64,000 nt of DNA, taken from NCBI RefSeq assembly GCF_056712565.1, contig NZ_JBWXXM010000002.1; one strand, given 5' to 3'. Shown in pieces: positions 9,800 to 19,504 of the stretch (the stretch's first letter is position 1; the number at the start of each line of letters is the position of its first letter). This DNA comes from a plasmid. The position numbers and the translations under genes were made by a program. A model generated the notes under the pieces. That model searched no databases, was not told where the DNA came from, and saw nothing but the letters and a program-made list of their open reading frames with translations.

Positions 9800-10840
9800 A
9801 TGGTTTCCACACACATCGGCTTCCCGACTGAAACGGTCATTGTTTTCATTGCGCTTTCAGTCGGTGCCATCTTTATTGACCTGTTTATGCACCGTGATGA
9901 CAAGCCCATTTCCCTGAAGAGTGCGGCGCTCTGGTCCGTATTCTGGGTTGTGGTTGCGATGGCATTTGCCGGTTTCCTCTACATCCACCACGGTGCTGAG
10001 GTTGCCAGCCTGTTTGTAACGGGTTATGCGCTGGAGAAAGTGCTGTCGGTCGACAACCTGTTTGTCATGATGGCCATCTTCTCCTGGTTCGCCGTTCCTG
10101 ATCGTTACCGCCACCGTGTTCTCTACTGGGGGATCATTGGTGCCATCGTCTTCAGGGGCATCTTTGTCGCCATCGGTACGAGCCTGCTGAGTCTGGGGCC
10201 GTATGTTGAAGTTGTCTTCGCTATCATCGTCGCCTGGACGGCGGTCATGATGCTTAAAAGCGGTGATGACGATGATGAAATTGAGGATTATTCCCAGCAT
10301 CTGGCTTACCGCATGGTTAAACGCTTCTTCCCTATCTGGCCGAAGCTCAGAGGTCATGCTTTCCTGCTTAACCAGAAGGAAGTGGATGCCGAACTGGCGA
10401 AACCAGAAAACAGCGATGTCACCATTGGCCGTGGTAAAAAGGCGGCGCTGTATGCGACCCCTCTGTTCCTGTGTGTGGCCGTGGTTGAACTCTCGGATGT
10501 TATGTTTGCGTTTGACTCGGTACCGGCAATCATTGCCGTCAGTCGTGAACCGCTTATCGTCTATAGTGCCATGATGTTTGCTATCCTGGGCCTGCGTACT
10601 CTGTACTTTGTCCTTGAAGCACTGAAACAGTACCTGGTTCATCTGGAGAAGGCCGTTATCGTGCTGCTGTTCTTCATCGCGGCAAAACTGGGCCTGAATG
10701 CGACCGATCACATTTGGCATCATGGTTACAGCATCGCGGCGACAACCAGCCTGTATGTTGTACTGGGTGTTTTGGCGCTGGGCATTCTCGCAAGCGTCAT
10801 GTTCCCGGGCAAACCTGAATCTGAGGAAAAGGGGAGCTGA
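9800..10840 (+). CDS. terC: Tellurium resistance membrane protein TerC
   Basis: ORF 346 aa, multiple hydrophobic helices. Confidence 0.9.
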   Translation: MVSTHIGFPTETVIVFIALSVGAIFIDLFMHRDDKPISLKSAALWSVFWVVVAMAFAGFLYIHHGAEVASLFVTGYALEKVLSVDNLFVMMAIFSWFAVPDRYRHRVLYWGIIGAIVFRGIFVAIGTSLLSLGPYVEVVFAIIVAWTAVMMLKSGDDDDEIEDYSQHLAYRMVKRFFPIWPKLRGHAFLLNQKEVDAELAKPENSDVTIGRGKKAALYATPLFLCVAVVELSDVMFAFDSVPAIIAVSREPLIVYSAMMFAILGLRTLYFVLEALKQYLVHLEKAVIVLLFFIAAKLGLNATDHIWHHGYSIAATTSLYVVLGVLALGILASVMFPGKPESEEKGS

Positions 10841-10888
10841 TCCCCTGAAGTGTTAACCTGAACAATTACTAATCGAAGAGGTTATTTT

Positions 10889-11467
10889 ATGAGTGTTTCT
10901 CTTTCCAAAGGCGGGAACGTCTCCCTGAGTAAAGCAGCTCCGTCAATGAAAAACGTCCTGGTGGGCCTTGGCTGGGATGCGCGTTCAACAGACGGTCAGG
11001 ACTTTGACCTGGATGCTTCAGCATTCCTGCTGGCCGCAAATGGCAAAGTGCGCGGCGATTCAGATTTCATCTTCTATAACAACCTGACGTCATCTGACGG
11101 TTCCGTAACCCATACCGGTGATAACCGTACCGGTGAAGGTGATGGTGATGATGAATCGCTGAAAATTAAACTGGACGCCGTCCCGTCTGATGTTGACAAG
11201 ATCATCTTCGTTGTCACTATCCATGATGCTCAGGCTCGTCGCCAGAGCTTTGGTCAGGTATCCGGTGCGTTTATTCGCCTGGTCAATGACGATAACCAGA
11301 CTGAAGTCGCTCGCTACGATCTGACCGAAGATGCGTCCACTGAGACTGCCATGCTGTTCGGCGAGCTGTATCGCCACAATGGTGAGTGGAAATTCCGCGC
11401 AGTGGGCCAGGGTTATGCTGGTGGTCTGGCATCTGTATGTGCTCAGTACGGCATTAACGCGTCCTGA
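10889..11467 (+). CDS. terD: Tellurium resistance protein TerD
   Basis: ORF 192 aa; [13 protein letters not shown] motif. Confidence 0.9.
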   Translation: MSVSLSKGGNVSLSKAAPSMKNVLVGLGWDARSTDGQDFDLDASAFLLAANGKVRGDSDFIFYNNLTSSDGSVTHTGDNRTGEGDGDDESLKIKLDAVPSDVDKIIFVVTIHDAQARRQSFGQVSGAFIRLVNDDNQTEVARYDLTEDASTETAMLFGELYRHNGEWKFRAVGQGYAGGLASVCAQYGINAS

Positions 11468-11534
11468 TCGAAAAGTAACTTTTCACCCGGGGCTGTTAAT
11501 GCAGCCCTCATTCAACTGTTTGCAGGAGCTAAAA

Positions 11535-12110
11535 ATGGCAGTTTCTCTCGTAAAAGGCGGCAACGTATCTCTGACCAAAGAAGCACCAACCATGAATATC
11601 GCTATGGTTGGCCTCGGCTGGGATGCCCGTGTAACTGACGGTCAGGCTTTTGACCTGGACGCTTCCGTGTTCGCAGTAGGCGAAGACGGTAAAGTGCTGT
11701 CAGATGCGCATTTCATTTTCTTCAATAACAAAACCAGCCCTGATGGCGCGGTAGAGCACCAGGGCGACAACCGTACCGGTGAAGGCGACGGTGACGATGA
11801 GCAGGTCAAAATCGATCTGACCAAAGTCTCAGCAGATATCAAAAAACTGGTGTTTGCCGTTACCATCTATGATGCAGAAGCGCGTAAACAAAACTTCGGC
11901 ATGGTGAGCAACAGCTTCATGCGCGTTTACAACAACGACAACGGCACGGAAATTGCCCGTTTCGATCTGTCTGAAGATGCCTCAACCGAAACCGCTATGG
12001 TCTTCGGTGAACTGTATCGTCATGGCGCTGAGTGGAAGTTTAAAGCTGTCGGTCAGGGCTTTGCCGGTGGCCTGGCGGCTCTTGCCTCCCAGCACGGCGT
12101 TAACATCTAA
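11535..12110 (+). CDS. terE: Tellurium resistance protein TerE
   Basis: 191 aa from ATG 11535 (MAVSLVKGG...); paralog of TerD. Confidence 0.9.
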   Translation: MAVSLVKGGNVSLTKEAPTMNIAMVGLGWDARVTDGQAFDLDASVFAVGEDGKVLSDAHFIFFNNKTSPDGAVEHQGDNRTGEGDGDDEQVKIDLTKVSADIKKLVFAVTIYDAEARKQNFGMVSNSFMRVYNNDNGTEIARFDLSEDASTETAMVFGELYRHGAEWKFKAVGQGFAGGLAALASQHGVNI

Positions 12111-12127
12111 AACAACGCTGAATCATA

Positions 12128-12152
12128 CCCCGGCAATGCCGGGGTTTTTTTT
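12128..12152 (+). terminator. Rho-independent terminator after terE
   Basis: CCCCGGC/GCCGGGG stem followed by T8. Confidence 0.6.
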
Positions 12153-12424
12153 GGTTGCGATCCGCTTTCAGGAGGGAGTAGTAGAAAGGGGACTGGAAAT
12201 TTCAGAAAGCAGGTCATGTTAATTCAGACCTGAGCCTTTTAAAGGCAGGAAACGGATTTATCTCTGGTTGCTGGTTAAAGCCGGTATTCCGTGCCTTTTA
12301 TCAACAGAATGCCCCTCTGATATATGTTACTTTTGCGGTTTATGAAGGAACGGGATCTGGAACATAAGATACCCGGTCAATCAAAATTCCAGTTCAACAG
12401 GTATAGAAACTTCAGCGTGATGAA

Positions 12425-12443
12425 ATATGGTGTCACACCATAT
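12425..12443. promoter_or_regulatory. 19-bp perfect palindrome upstream of terF (candidate operator)
   Basis: ATATGGTGT-C-ACACCATAT, about 95 bp upstream of the terF start. Confidence 0.3.
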
Positions 12444-12538
12444 ATACGCCTCACCAGAAATCCAGCGTCCTGAACTAAGCCTGGGGAACATATATAAGCG
12501 CTGCGCTTTAAAAATAATCAAAAATCAGGAGAGTTAAT

Positions 12539-13780
12539 GTGAATCTACAATCCGGACAAAACATACCGCTTCAGCAATCTGCGATCAGGCTGAATCTTCA
12601 GTACCCTGCCAAATCCGGCTTTAAAGGCGAACCCGATACCTGCCTCTTCCTGCTTAATGCTCAGGGAAAGGTAACCGGCGATTCTGACTTTATCTTTTAT
12701 AATAATCTGTCTTCTCCTGAAGGGGCAGTAAAGCTCGTTACCGGTTCTCAGCAGTCCAGCATTGAGATAGCACTGGATCGTGTTCCGGCGAACGTCAGTA
12801 AGATTGCGATCACCGTTGTCATTGATGGTGAAGATACTATCAGTGGGCTCAGTTTATTGAGCATTCAGGCTCCTGGTATCGCTGATTTTCAGGCTGAGAC
12901 TCAGGGCCGCAGTGAGAAAGCAATCATCCTGGGTGAAGTATATCGGCACAATGGCGCCTGGAAGCTTCGTGCGCTCGGGCAGGGTTTCAACGGTGGTCTT
13001 GAGCCTCTGGCCATTAGCTTTGGCGTTGATGTCGCACAGCCAGCTCCGCAGCCAGCAAAGCCTGCTCGTATCAGTCTGGAAAAGAAACTTGAAACCAGAT
13101 CTCCGCGCCTCGTAAGCCTCGCTAAAAAAGCCTCGGTCAGTCTCACTAAAAATAAACTGGACACCCTTGAGGCAGCGGTTGCATTTGTACTTGACGCATC
13201 CGGCTCAATGAGTGGCCAGTTCAGTAAGGGCAACGTTCAGTCTGTGCTGGACCGCATCGCCGTTCTTGCCGCCCAGTTCGACGACGACGGTGAAATGGAT
13301 GTCTGGGGATTTGGAGAGAAGCACAAGAAGTATCCAAACGTCACACTGGACAACCTGGACACATATATTCAGTCCATTCGCGGGTCTGGAAAGCGTTCAG
13401 CCTGGGAGAACCTGCCGGGACTTGGTGGGACAAACAATGAGCCCCCTGTGATGGAAGAAATTGTCGACTACTTTAAGGACTCGAAAATCCCGGTATATGT
13501 TGTATTTATTACCGATGGCGGGATCAGCAAGACCCGGGCGATTAAAGATGCAATCCGGCGTTCTGCCAACTACCCCATCTTCTGGAAGTTTGTCGGCCTG
13601 GGTGGTTCAAGCTACGGTATCCTCAAAAATCTGGATGACTTTACTGACCGCCGGGTTGATAACACCCACTTCTTTGCCATGGATGATTTCGGTTCGATCA
13701 GCGATGAAAAGTTATATGATAATTTACTGGAAGAATTCAGACCGTGGATCGATGAAACAAAAAGGTTAGGCATCCTGTAA
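12539..13780 (+). CDS. terF: TerF: TerD-domain / vWA-domain fusion protein
   Basis: ORF 413 aa starting at GTG 12539 with GGAGAG RBS; N-terminal TerD-like region, C-terminal vWA-like region (VLDASGSM). Confidence 0.8.
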
Positions 13781-13870
13781 TACGCACAGTTTTCGCATGG
13801 TTAAAGGAGCTCTACAGCAGCTTAATACTGTAGAGCCTTTGTTCACTGGAAATCGTACAGGGAGGAGCAT

Positions 13871-14002
13871 ATGGACCGCATCAAGTACCTGAAATGGATA
13901 GCTGAAGAATCACCAACTGATGATGAAATCGACAACTACGATAGTATCATTAGTCGGGGCGCAGAAAGGGCCGAGAAGGTTCAGTTGTCTTTAAGACGTT
14001 AA
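13871..14002 (+). CDS. Small ORF (43 aa) with strong Shine-Dalgarno
   Basis: ATG 13871 preceded by GGGAGGAG; MDRIKYLKWIAEESPTDDEIDNYDSIISRGAERAEKVQLSLRR; ends 14 bp before the IS66 insertion. Confidence 0.3.
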   Translation: MDRIKYLKWIAEESPTDDEIDNYDSIISRGAERAEKVQLSLRR

Positions 14003-14108
14003 TATACGGGAGTTTAAATGTTCGTAAGCGTAAACTGACCGCCGTATGTAGCCATCAGACGAGAATTGGTAACTTAGACGCCCATCTGATATAGACGGAC
14101 ATCTAAGT

Positions 14109-14534
14109 ATGGAATTACAGGACTGGCGAAAAGAACCTCGTAAAAACTATTCGAATGAATTCAAACTTCGTATGGTGGAACTGGCATCACAACCTGGAGC
14201 TTGTGTTGCACAGATTGCACGTGAAAATGGCGTCAATGATAATGTTATTTTCAAATGGCTCAGGCTCTGGCAGAACGAAGGGCGTGTTTCGCGGCGTCTT
14301 CCGGTAACGACCTCTTCTGACACTGGCGTTGAATTATTACCTGTAGAAATAACGCCGGATGAGCAGAAAGAACCTGTGGCGGCCATTGCGCCGTCTTTAT
14401 CCACTTCCACTCAGACCAGAGTCAGTGCCAGTTCCTGCAAGGTGGAATTCCGTCACGGTAACATGACGCTGGAAAATCCATCGCCAGAGCTGCTCACGGT
14501 GTTGATCCGTGAACTGACCGGGAGGGGAAGATGA
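14109..14534 (+). CDS. IS66-family accessory protein (orf1)
   Basis: ORF 141 aa; position and sequence typical of IS66 orf1. Confidence 0.85.
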   Translation: MELQDWRKEPRKNYSNEFKLRMVELASQPGACVAQIARENGVNDNVIFKWLRLWQNEGRVSRRLPVTTSSDTGVELLPVEITPDEQKEPVAAIAPSLSTSTQTRVSASSCKVEFRHGNMTLENPSPELLTVLIRELTGRGR

Positions 14535-14881
14535 TCTCACTCCCATCAGGTACCCGTATCTGGCTCGTTGCCGGCGTTACCGATATGCGTAAATCCTTCA
14601 ACGGACTGGGAGAACAGGTACAACATGTGCTGAATGATAATCCCTTCTCCGGTCACCTGTTTATCTTCCGTGGCCGACGGGGTGACACCGTCAAAATTCT
14701 TTGGGCTGATGCTGATGGTCTGTGCCTGTTCACCAAACGCCTGGAGGAAGGCCAGTTTATCTGGCCTGCGGTACGTGACGGCAAGGTATCCATTACCCGT
14801 TCGCAACTGGCAATGCTCCTCGATAAGCTGGACTGGCGTCAGCCAAAAACATCCAGCCGTAACTCACTGACAATGTTGTAA
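14531..14881 (+). CDS. IS66-family orf2 protein
   Basis: ORF 116 aa overlapping orf1 stop; typical IS66 TnpB. Confidence 0.85.
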   Translation: MISLPSGTRIWLVAGVTDMRKSFNGLGEQVQHVLNDNPFSGHLFIFRGRRGDTVKILWADADGLCLFTKRLEEGQFIWPAVRDGKVSITRSQLAMLLDKLDWRQPKTSSRNSLTML

Positions 14882-14911
14882 AAAACTCCTGACCGCATTA
14901 TAAAAACGGTC

Positions 14912-16525
14912 ATGAGTCAGAAATACCTCATTCGCATCGCAGAGCTGGAAAGGTTGCTCTCTGAGCAGGCTGAAGCCCTCCGTCAGAAAGACCAGCAACT
15001 GAGTCTGGTTGAAGAGACGGAAGCCTTCCTGCGCTCTGCACTGACACGTGCCGAAGAAAAGATCGAAGAAGATGAACGGGAAATAGAACATCTGCGGGCT
15101 CAGATAGAAAAACTGCGCCGGATGCTGTTCGGTACCCGTTCTGAAAAACTGCGTCGTGAAGTTGAACTGGCTGAGGCTCTGCTGAAACAACGTGAACAGG
15201 ACAGCGATCGTTACAGTGGGCGGGAAGACGATCCTCAGGTTCCCCGCCAGTTGCGACAGTCGCGCCATCGTCGTCCGTTACCGGCACACCTTCCCCGTGA
15301 AATACACCGCCTGGAGCCAGAAGAAAGCTGTTGCCCGGAGTGTGGCGGTGAGCTGGATTATCTGGGGGAAGTCAGCGCTGAACAGCTGGAACTGGTGAGC
15401 AGTGCCCTGAAAGTGATCCGCACAGAACGGGTAAAAAAAGCCTGTACAAAATGTGACTGTATTGTTGAAGCACCGGCGCCGTCCCGCCCGATAGAGCGTG
15501 GTATCGCGGGCCCCGGATTACTTGCCCGCGTGTTAACGGGAAAATACTGCGAACATCTGCCACTGTATCGTCAGAGTGAAATCTTTGCCCGCCAGGGTGT
15601 CGAACTGAGCCGGGCCTTACTCTCCAACTGGGTTGACGCGTGCTGCCAGTTAATGACACCGGTGAATGATGCCCTGTACCGTTATGTAATGAACACCCGC
15701 AAGGTTCACACTGATGACACACCGGTAAAGGTACTGGCACCGGGTCAGAAAAAGGCGAAAACAGGGCGTATCTGGACGTATGTCCGGGATGATCGCAATG
15801 TGGGTTCGTCATCTCCTCCAGCGGTCTGGTTCGCGTACTCGCCGAACCGGCAGGGGAAACACCCGGAGCAACACCTCCGCCCCTTCCGGGGTATCCTGCA
15901 GGCGGATGCGTTCACAGGTTACGACAGGTTGTTCAGTGCAGAACGTGAAGGTGGTGCACTGACAGAAGTTGCGTGCTGGGCCCATGCCCGGCGAAAAATC
16001 CACGATGTATACATCAGCAGCAAAAGTGCGACGGCAGAAGAAGCCCTGAAGCGAATCAGTGAACTGTACGCCATCGAGGATGAAATACGGGGATTACCGG
16101 AGTCAGAGCGTCTTGCCGTCAGGCAGCAGCGAAGCAAAGTGTTACTGACGTCGCTGCATGAATGGATGGTGGAGAAGAATGGTACGCTGTCGAAAAAATC
16201 CAGACTGGGCGAAGCGTTCAGCTATGTACTGAATCAGTGGGATGCCCTCTGTTATTACAGTGATGACGGTCTGGCGGAGGCGGATAATAATGCTGCGGAA
16301 AGAGCGCTTCGTGCAGTCTGTCTCGGAAAGAAAAACTTTATGTTCTTTGGCAGCGATCACGGCGGCGAGCGTGGAGCACTGTTGTACGGGCTGATCGGCA
16401 CCTGCCGTCTGAACGGTATCGATCCGGAAGCGTATCTGCGCCATATCCTGAGCGTACTGCCGGAATGGCCTTCCAACCGAGTTGATGAACTCCTGCCATG
16501 GAACGTAGTACTCACCAATAAATAA
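14912..16525 (+). CDS. IS66-family transposase
   Basis: ORF 537 aa; leucine-zipper N-terminus, CPECGG zinc motif, conserved DNNAAERALR-type motif. Confidence 0.9.
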   Translation: MSQKYLIRIAELERLLSEQAEALRQKDQQLSLVEETEAFLRSALTRAEEKIEEDEREIEHLRAQIEKLRRMLFGTRSEKLRREVELAEALLKQREQDSDRYSGREDDPQVPRQLRQSRHRRPLPAHLPREIHRLEPEESCCPECGGELDYLGEVSAEQLELVSSALKVIRTERVKKACTKCDCIVEAPAPSRPIERGIAGPGLLARVLTGKYCEHLPLYRQSEIFARQGVELSRALLSNWVDACCQLMTPVNDALYRYVMNTRKVHTDDTPVKVLAPGQKKAKTGRIWTYVRDDRNVGSSSPPAVWFAYSPNRQGKHPEQHLRPFRGILQADAFTGYDRLFSAEREGGALTEVACWAHARRKIHDVYISSKSATAEEALKRISELYAIEDEIRGLPESERLAVRQQRSKVLLTSLHEWMVEKNGTLSKKSRLGEAFSYVLNQWDALCYYSDDGLAEADNNAAERALRAVCLGKKNFMFFGSDHGGERGALLYGLIGTCRLNGIDPEAYLRHILSVLPEWPSNRVDELLPWNVVLTNK

Positions 16526-16882
16526 GCGTCAATACGGTGCTCCGTTGACGCTTACAAATGTTCGCAGAAATCAAAGATAATTATTCGTTAGGTGGATAAA
16601 GAAAGGTTGCCATTACCAGCTTTCGACGAGTCGAAAATAAAAACCTTATTTATAGTGACAGGGAGTATGAGCTGACGCTTGCCAATGGAACAATAATTAA
16701 AAATGTACTTAGAAAAGAAGAGTGGGAACTGTTAGAAAGCAATTCAATTAAGGTTATATTATAACGAAAATATATTTACAGTTTTGGATAGGTTTCAAAC
16801 GAGTCCGGACATTTGTACCTGAAGTATCTGACATTACAGTTAAGTGACGATTATGCCAGCACGTCTGTTGCTGGCAGCTTAG

Positions 16883-17164
16883 CTATCGGTCTAAAAGCTG
16901 ATCCATTAATAATTCTTCGTAAAGCCCAGAGGTATCGGGCTTTATTACAATATCCGTTATTTCGAAGCGTTCAAGTACAAATTGCAGATATTCCGGAGTA
17001 ACGTAGTAGGGATCAGGTTCAGCCAGATTAGTATAGAGTGGGTCTTCTGCTGCATTAATGTCATAATCAATGCACATATGAAACCACTGCAAAGGTGGAT
17101 CCCAGCCTAACATCACCTGAACAATTCCCTGATTGCTTTTCACCTCATACCAGTGCTGGCTCAT
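16883..17164 (-). CDS. Hypothetical protein (93 aa)
   Basis: ORF only; AT-rich region; no recognisable motif. Confidence 0.3.
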   Translation of the reverse strand: MSQHWYEVKSNQGIVQVMLGWDPPLQWFHMCIDYDINAAEDPLYTNLAEPDPYYVTPEYLQFVLERFEITDIVIKPDTSGLYEELLMDQLLDR

Positions 17165-17213
17165 ACTTAGTCCTTAAGAAAATTTGTCATCGGAAAATAA
17201 CACGAAGCCTGCA

Positions 17214-17405
17214 TCATCGAGGCGCATAACCTTCTTCCCTTAACGCCTGTTGTAATTTATCAACTGCGCTTTTCATTACCCAGGCTTCTTCGTCACTCAC
17301 AGCACAACCACGTAGATCGCTCCAGCTCAGACGTTTAACAAATTGAGCAAGGGCCATAGTTTCGTTCTCATCAAGCCGCAAACTCAGTGTCTCAATACCT
17401 TCCAC
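17214..17405 (-). CDS. Hypothetical small protein (63 aa)
   Basis: ORF only. Confidence 0.25.
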   Translation of the reverse strand: MEGIETLSLRLDENETMALAQFVKRLSWSDLRGCAVSDEEAWVMKSAVDKLQQALREEGYAPR

Positions 17406-17496
17406 AATCTAACCTCCCTTATAATGAAAAATGGCGCTTTACTTCTGACCAGATGCCGAAGCCTTGAATGCAGCCGGAACTGTCGTTGTTTCTACT

Positions 17497-17868
17497 TTAC
17501 AGAAATGGAATTAAAAAGTGGTGATGCTGGGCACGTTTCTTTTCCAGCCGGGGTTTAAGCCAGAGCTGAAACTCATTCAACTTCTCAGCAGCCAAAACCG
17601 CTTCAACGGGGAAAACTTTATATTTACCCTGTTGCTGAGGTTCACCCAGCCATCGCCTGATGGCTCCGTCAGTCCATAAACGAGTCTCTTTTAGCCTAGT
17701 TACAGTGACCCATTTTCTGGACCATTCATCAAATTGTCGCTGGCGATCCCGATAACGTTGTTCTTCCTGCTGCCGAAGCCACTCGCGATCAACAGCAAAT
17801 TTTCGGTATCCAACAAAGAGCCCTTGTACTTTGGCCATGTCATATTCCGGTTGCTTAGAGTTACTCAT
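17497..17868 (-). CDS. Hypothetical protein (123 aa)
   Basis: ORF only, ATG at 17866-17868. Confidence 0.35.
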   Translation of the reverse strand: MSNSKQPEYDMAKVQGLFVGYRKFAVDREWLRQQEEQRYRDRQRQFDEWSRKWVTVTRLKETRLWTDGAIRRWLGEPQQQGKYKVFPVEAVLAAEKLNEFQLWLKPRLEKKRAQHHHFLIPFL

Positions 17869-18171
17869 TCAACCAAAACCTAAACGTCGATACAAACTCT
17901 GTTTCATAACCAGGGTTTTATCCTTACCGCGACAGTAAGTAACAGGGGCTGCATAAACCGGTCATTTAGTCCGTTATGCAAAAATTATTGAGGATCCGGG
18001 CTGTTAAACTGTTCTTCCTCTTTCGCTTCCGGTGAAAAGGGGAGGTGTCACCCTGCGAGCCCGTGTAGTGAAAGGGATTCGTCGTAATACAGGCCAAAGG
18101 CTAACATGACCGCAAAGGACGCCCGGGCGACCGGATACCTGCCGGGTTGTGCGATGTAAAATCCGGAAGCA

Positions 18172-18570
18172 GTGATAACACAAACAGGCCCCTACAGCGT
18201 AAGGATTGTGATGGACGATAAAGAGCAGTTTACGAATCTTGTGGCAAAGCATGCCTCCGGACTCACCGAAGAGCAGCTGGCCGGGTACGATGCCTGTTCC
18301 CTGGATGGTGAATGCGTCACGCCTTCATACGAGGTTTTCCGGGGGTATCGTACCCGCCACACACTGGATGAATTTCTGGAGATGGCCATATCGCTGAATG
18401 CCATCCACCCGGATGAATATTTAACGGATATGCTGCTGAAGCCTCATGAGGTGATCGGCGCTCTGGCCGATGAAGGCGACCAGCTGAACAACGCCACCCC
18501 GGTTTATTTCTTTCCGGATACCGGCGTCTATGCAGCGGCCGTTAGTGAAACCCGGGTGCTCGATGCCTAG
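18172..18570 (+). CDS. Hypothetical protein (132 aa)
   Basis: ORF only; alternative start MDDKEQF at 18211. Confidence 0.35.
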   Translation: MITQTGPYSVRIVMDDKEQFTNLVAKHASGLTEEQLAGYDACSLDGECVTPSYEVFRGYRTRHTLDEFLEMAISLNAIHPDEYLTDMLLKPHEVIGALADEGDQLNNATPVYFFPDTGVYAAAVSETRVLDA

Positions 18571-18671
18571 CTTTGCTGGCCATGCTACCCGGCGAACTGG
18601 TAACGCGGCCGTTGGAATTGCACCGGCCGGATACGAATTTAACCGATCCCGTGGCGGGAAGGCTATCAGAG

Positions 18672-18924
18672 TTGCATGTCCTCATCCCTCAAGCCCCCTG
18701 CCAGGCCCCAACGTGCTGTCAGGCTTCGCCTGATTCCCGATCTGCGCCGATACTTCAGCCGATAACTTTTTGTTTTCTTTTTATTTTCTTCCCATTTCCT
18801 CAAAAATCGCGGGCGGCGTGGACAGGGCACCATTGCCGCATGTGGGGTCTTAATAAGGGCAGGGTGGTCAGTTTTGCTCGATGCCATGGGTAGGCCCTCC
18901 CCTTCATGGGATGAGGACATGCAA
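18672..18924. repeat. Pair of 17-bp perfect inverted repeats bracketing about 220 bp
   Basis: TTGCATGTCCTCATCCC at 18672-18688 and its exact reverse complement at 18908-18924. Confidence 0.5.
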
Positions 18925-19076
18925 GTAAGCTAACTATCTGAAATGACGAAGGTTCATTTGGTGAATGTCGCTTCATATTAATGTTGTGTCACTTATGATC
19001 GTATGTAGCTGGTTGCAAAGAGGAGCGATGAGACAATAAAGTTGTATCGCTAACAAGATTTATGCTGCCACATAGT

Positions 19077-19177
19077 AACAGCCTAAAAGTTGTACGCCCT
19101 ATTTAACAGCTTTTAGGCTGTTAATTTGATATTACAGCTTTTAGGGTGTATGTTTAGGAAACAGCCTGCAAGGTGTA
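19077..19177. promoter_or_regulatory. Putative hipBA promoter/operator region with repeated ACAGC(C/T)T half-sites
   Basis: Perfect 13-bp IR AACAGCCTAAAAG (19077-19089) / CTTTTAGGCTGTT (19110-19122) plus two related copies before the hipB ATG at 19204. Confidence 0.35.
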
Positions 19178-19203
19178 TCAGAGGAAACTACTGAGGCCAG
19201 CTT

Positions 19204-19500
19204 ATGATCAATAATGATTACCCGTTAAACACGCTCAACCAGCTGCGTCCCTTGCTCATTGGTTTTCGCAAGGCGAATGGCCTGACGCAAAAAGACCTGT
19301 CCGAAAGGTTAGGCGTCACTCAACAGACATACTCACGTCTGGAAGCCAACCCTGCCAGTGCGAGCATTGAACGGCTATTCAAGGTGTTTTCCATCCTGGG
19401 CGTAAAAATCAGCTTCTCCTCGGCAACCACCTCTTCAGAGAGGAAGCAGACGGAAGAAATGCTTAAATCAAACTCACCTGCACGACAGGAGGATTGGTAA
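19204..19500 (+). CDS. hipB: HipB-like HTH (XRE-family) antitoxin
   Basis: ORF 98 aa; HTH segment (LTQKDLSERLGVTQQTYSRLE); immediately upstream of hipA with 4-nt gap. Confidence 0.75.
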   Translation: MINNDYPLNTLNQLRPLLIGFRKANGLTQKDLSERLGVTQQTYSRLEANPASASIERLFKVFSILGVKISFSSATTSSERKQTEEMLKSNSPARQEDW

Positions 19501-19504
19501 CGAT

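Larger units (their letters stand above)
14024..16555 (+). mobile_element. IS66-family insertion sequence, apparently intact, with 8-bp target-site duplication
   Basis: Three-ORF IS66 organisation; imperfect terminal IRs GTAAGCGTAAACTGACC... / ...CCGTTGACGCTTAC; identical flanks AAATGTTC at 14016-14023 and 16556-16563. Confidence 0.85.

Noticed and set aside
9857-10723. 288-aa minus-strand ORF antisense to terC
   Set aside because: Lies entirely inside the terC coding sequence on the opposite strand; composition is typical of antisense artefacts.
16590-16770. Possible protein-coding frame right after the IS66 insertion (…VENKNLIYSDREYELTLANGTIIKNVLRKEEWELLESNSIKVIL)
   Set aside because: No in-frame start codon between the preceding stop and this stretch, even after rejoining the pre-insertion sequence.
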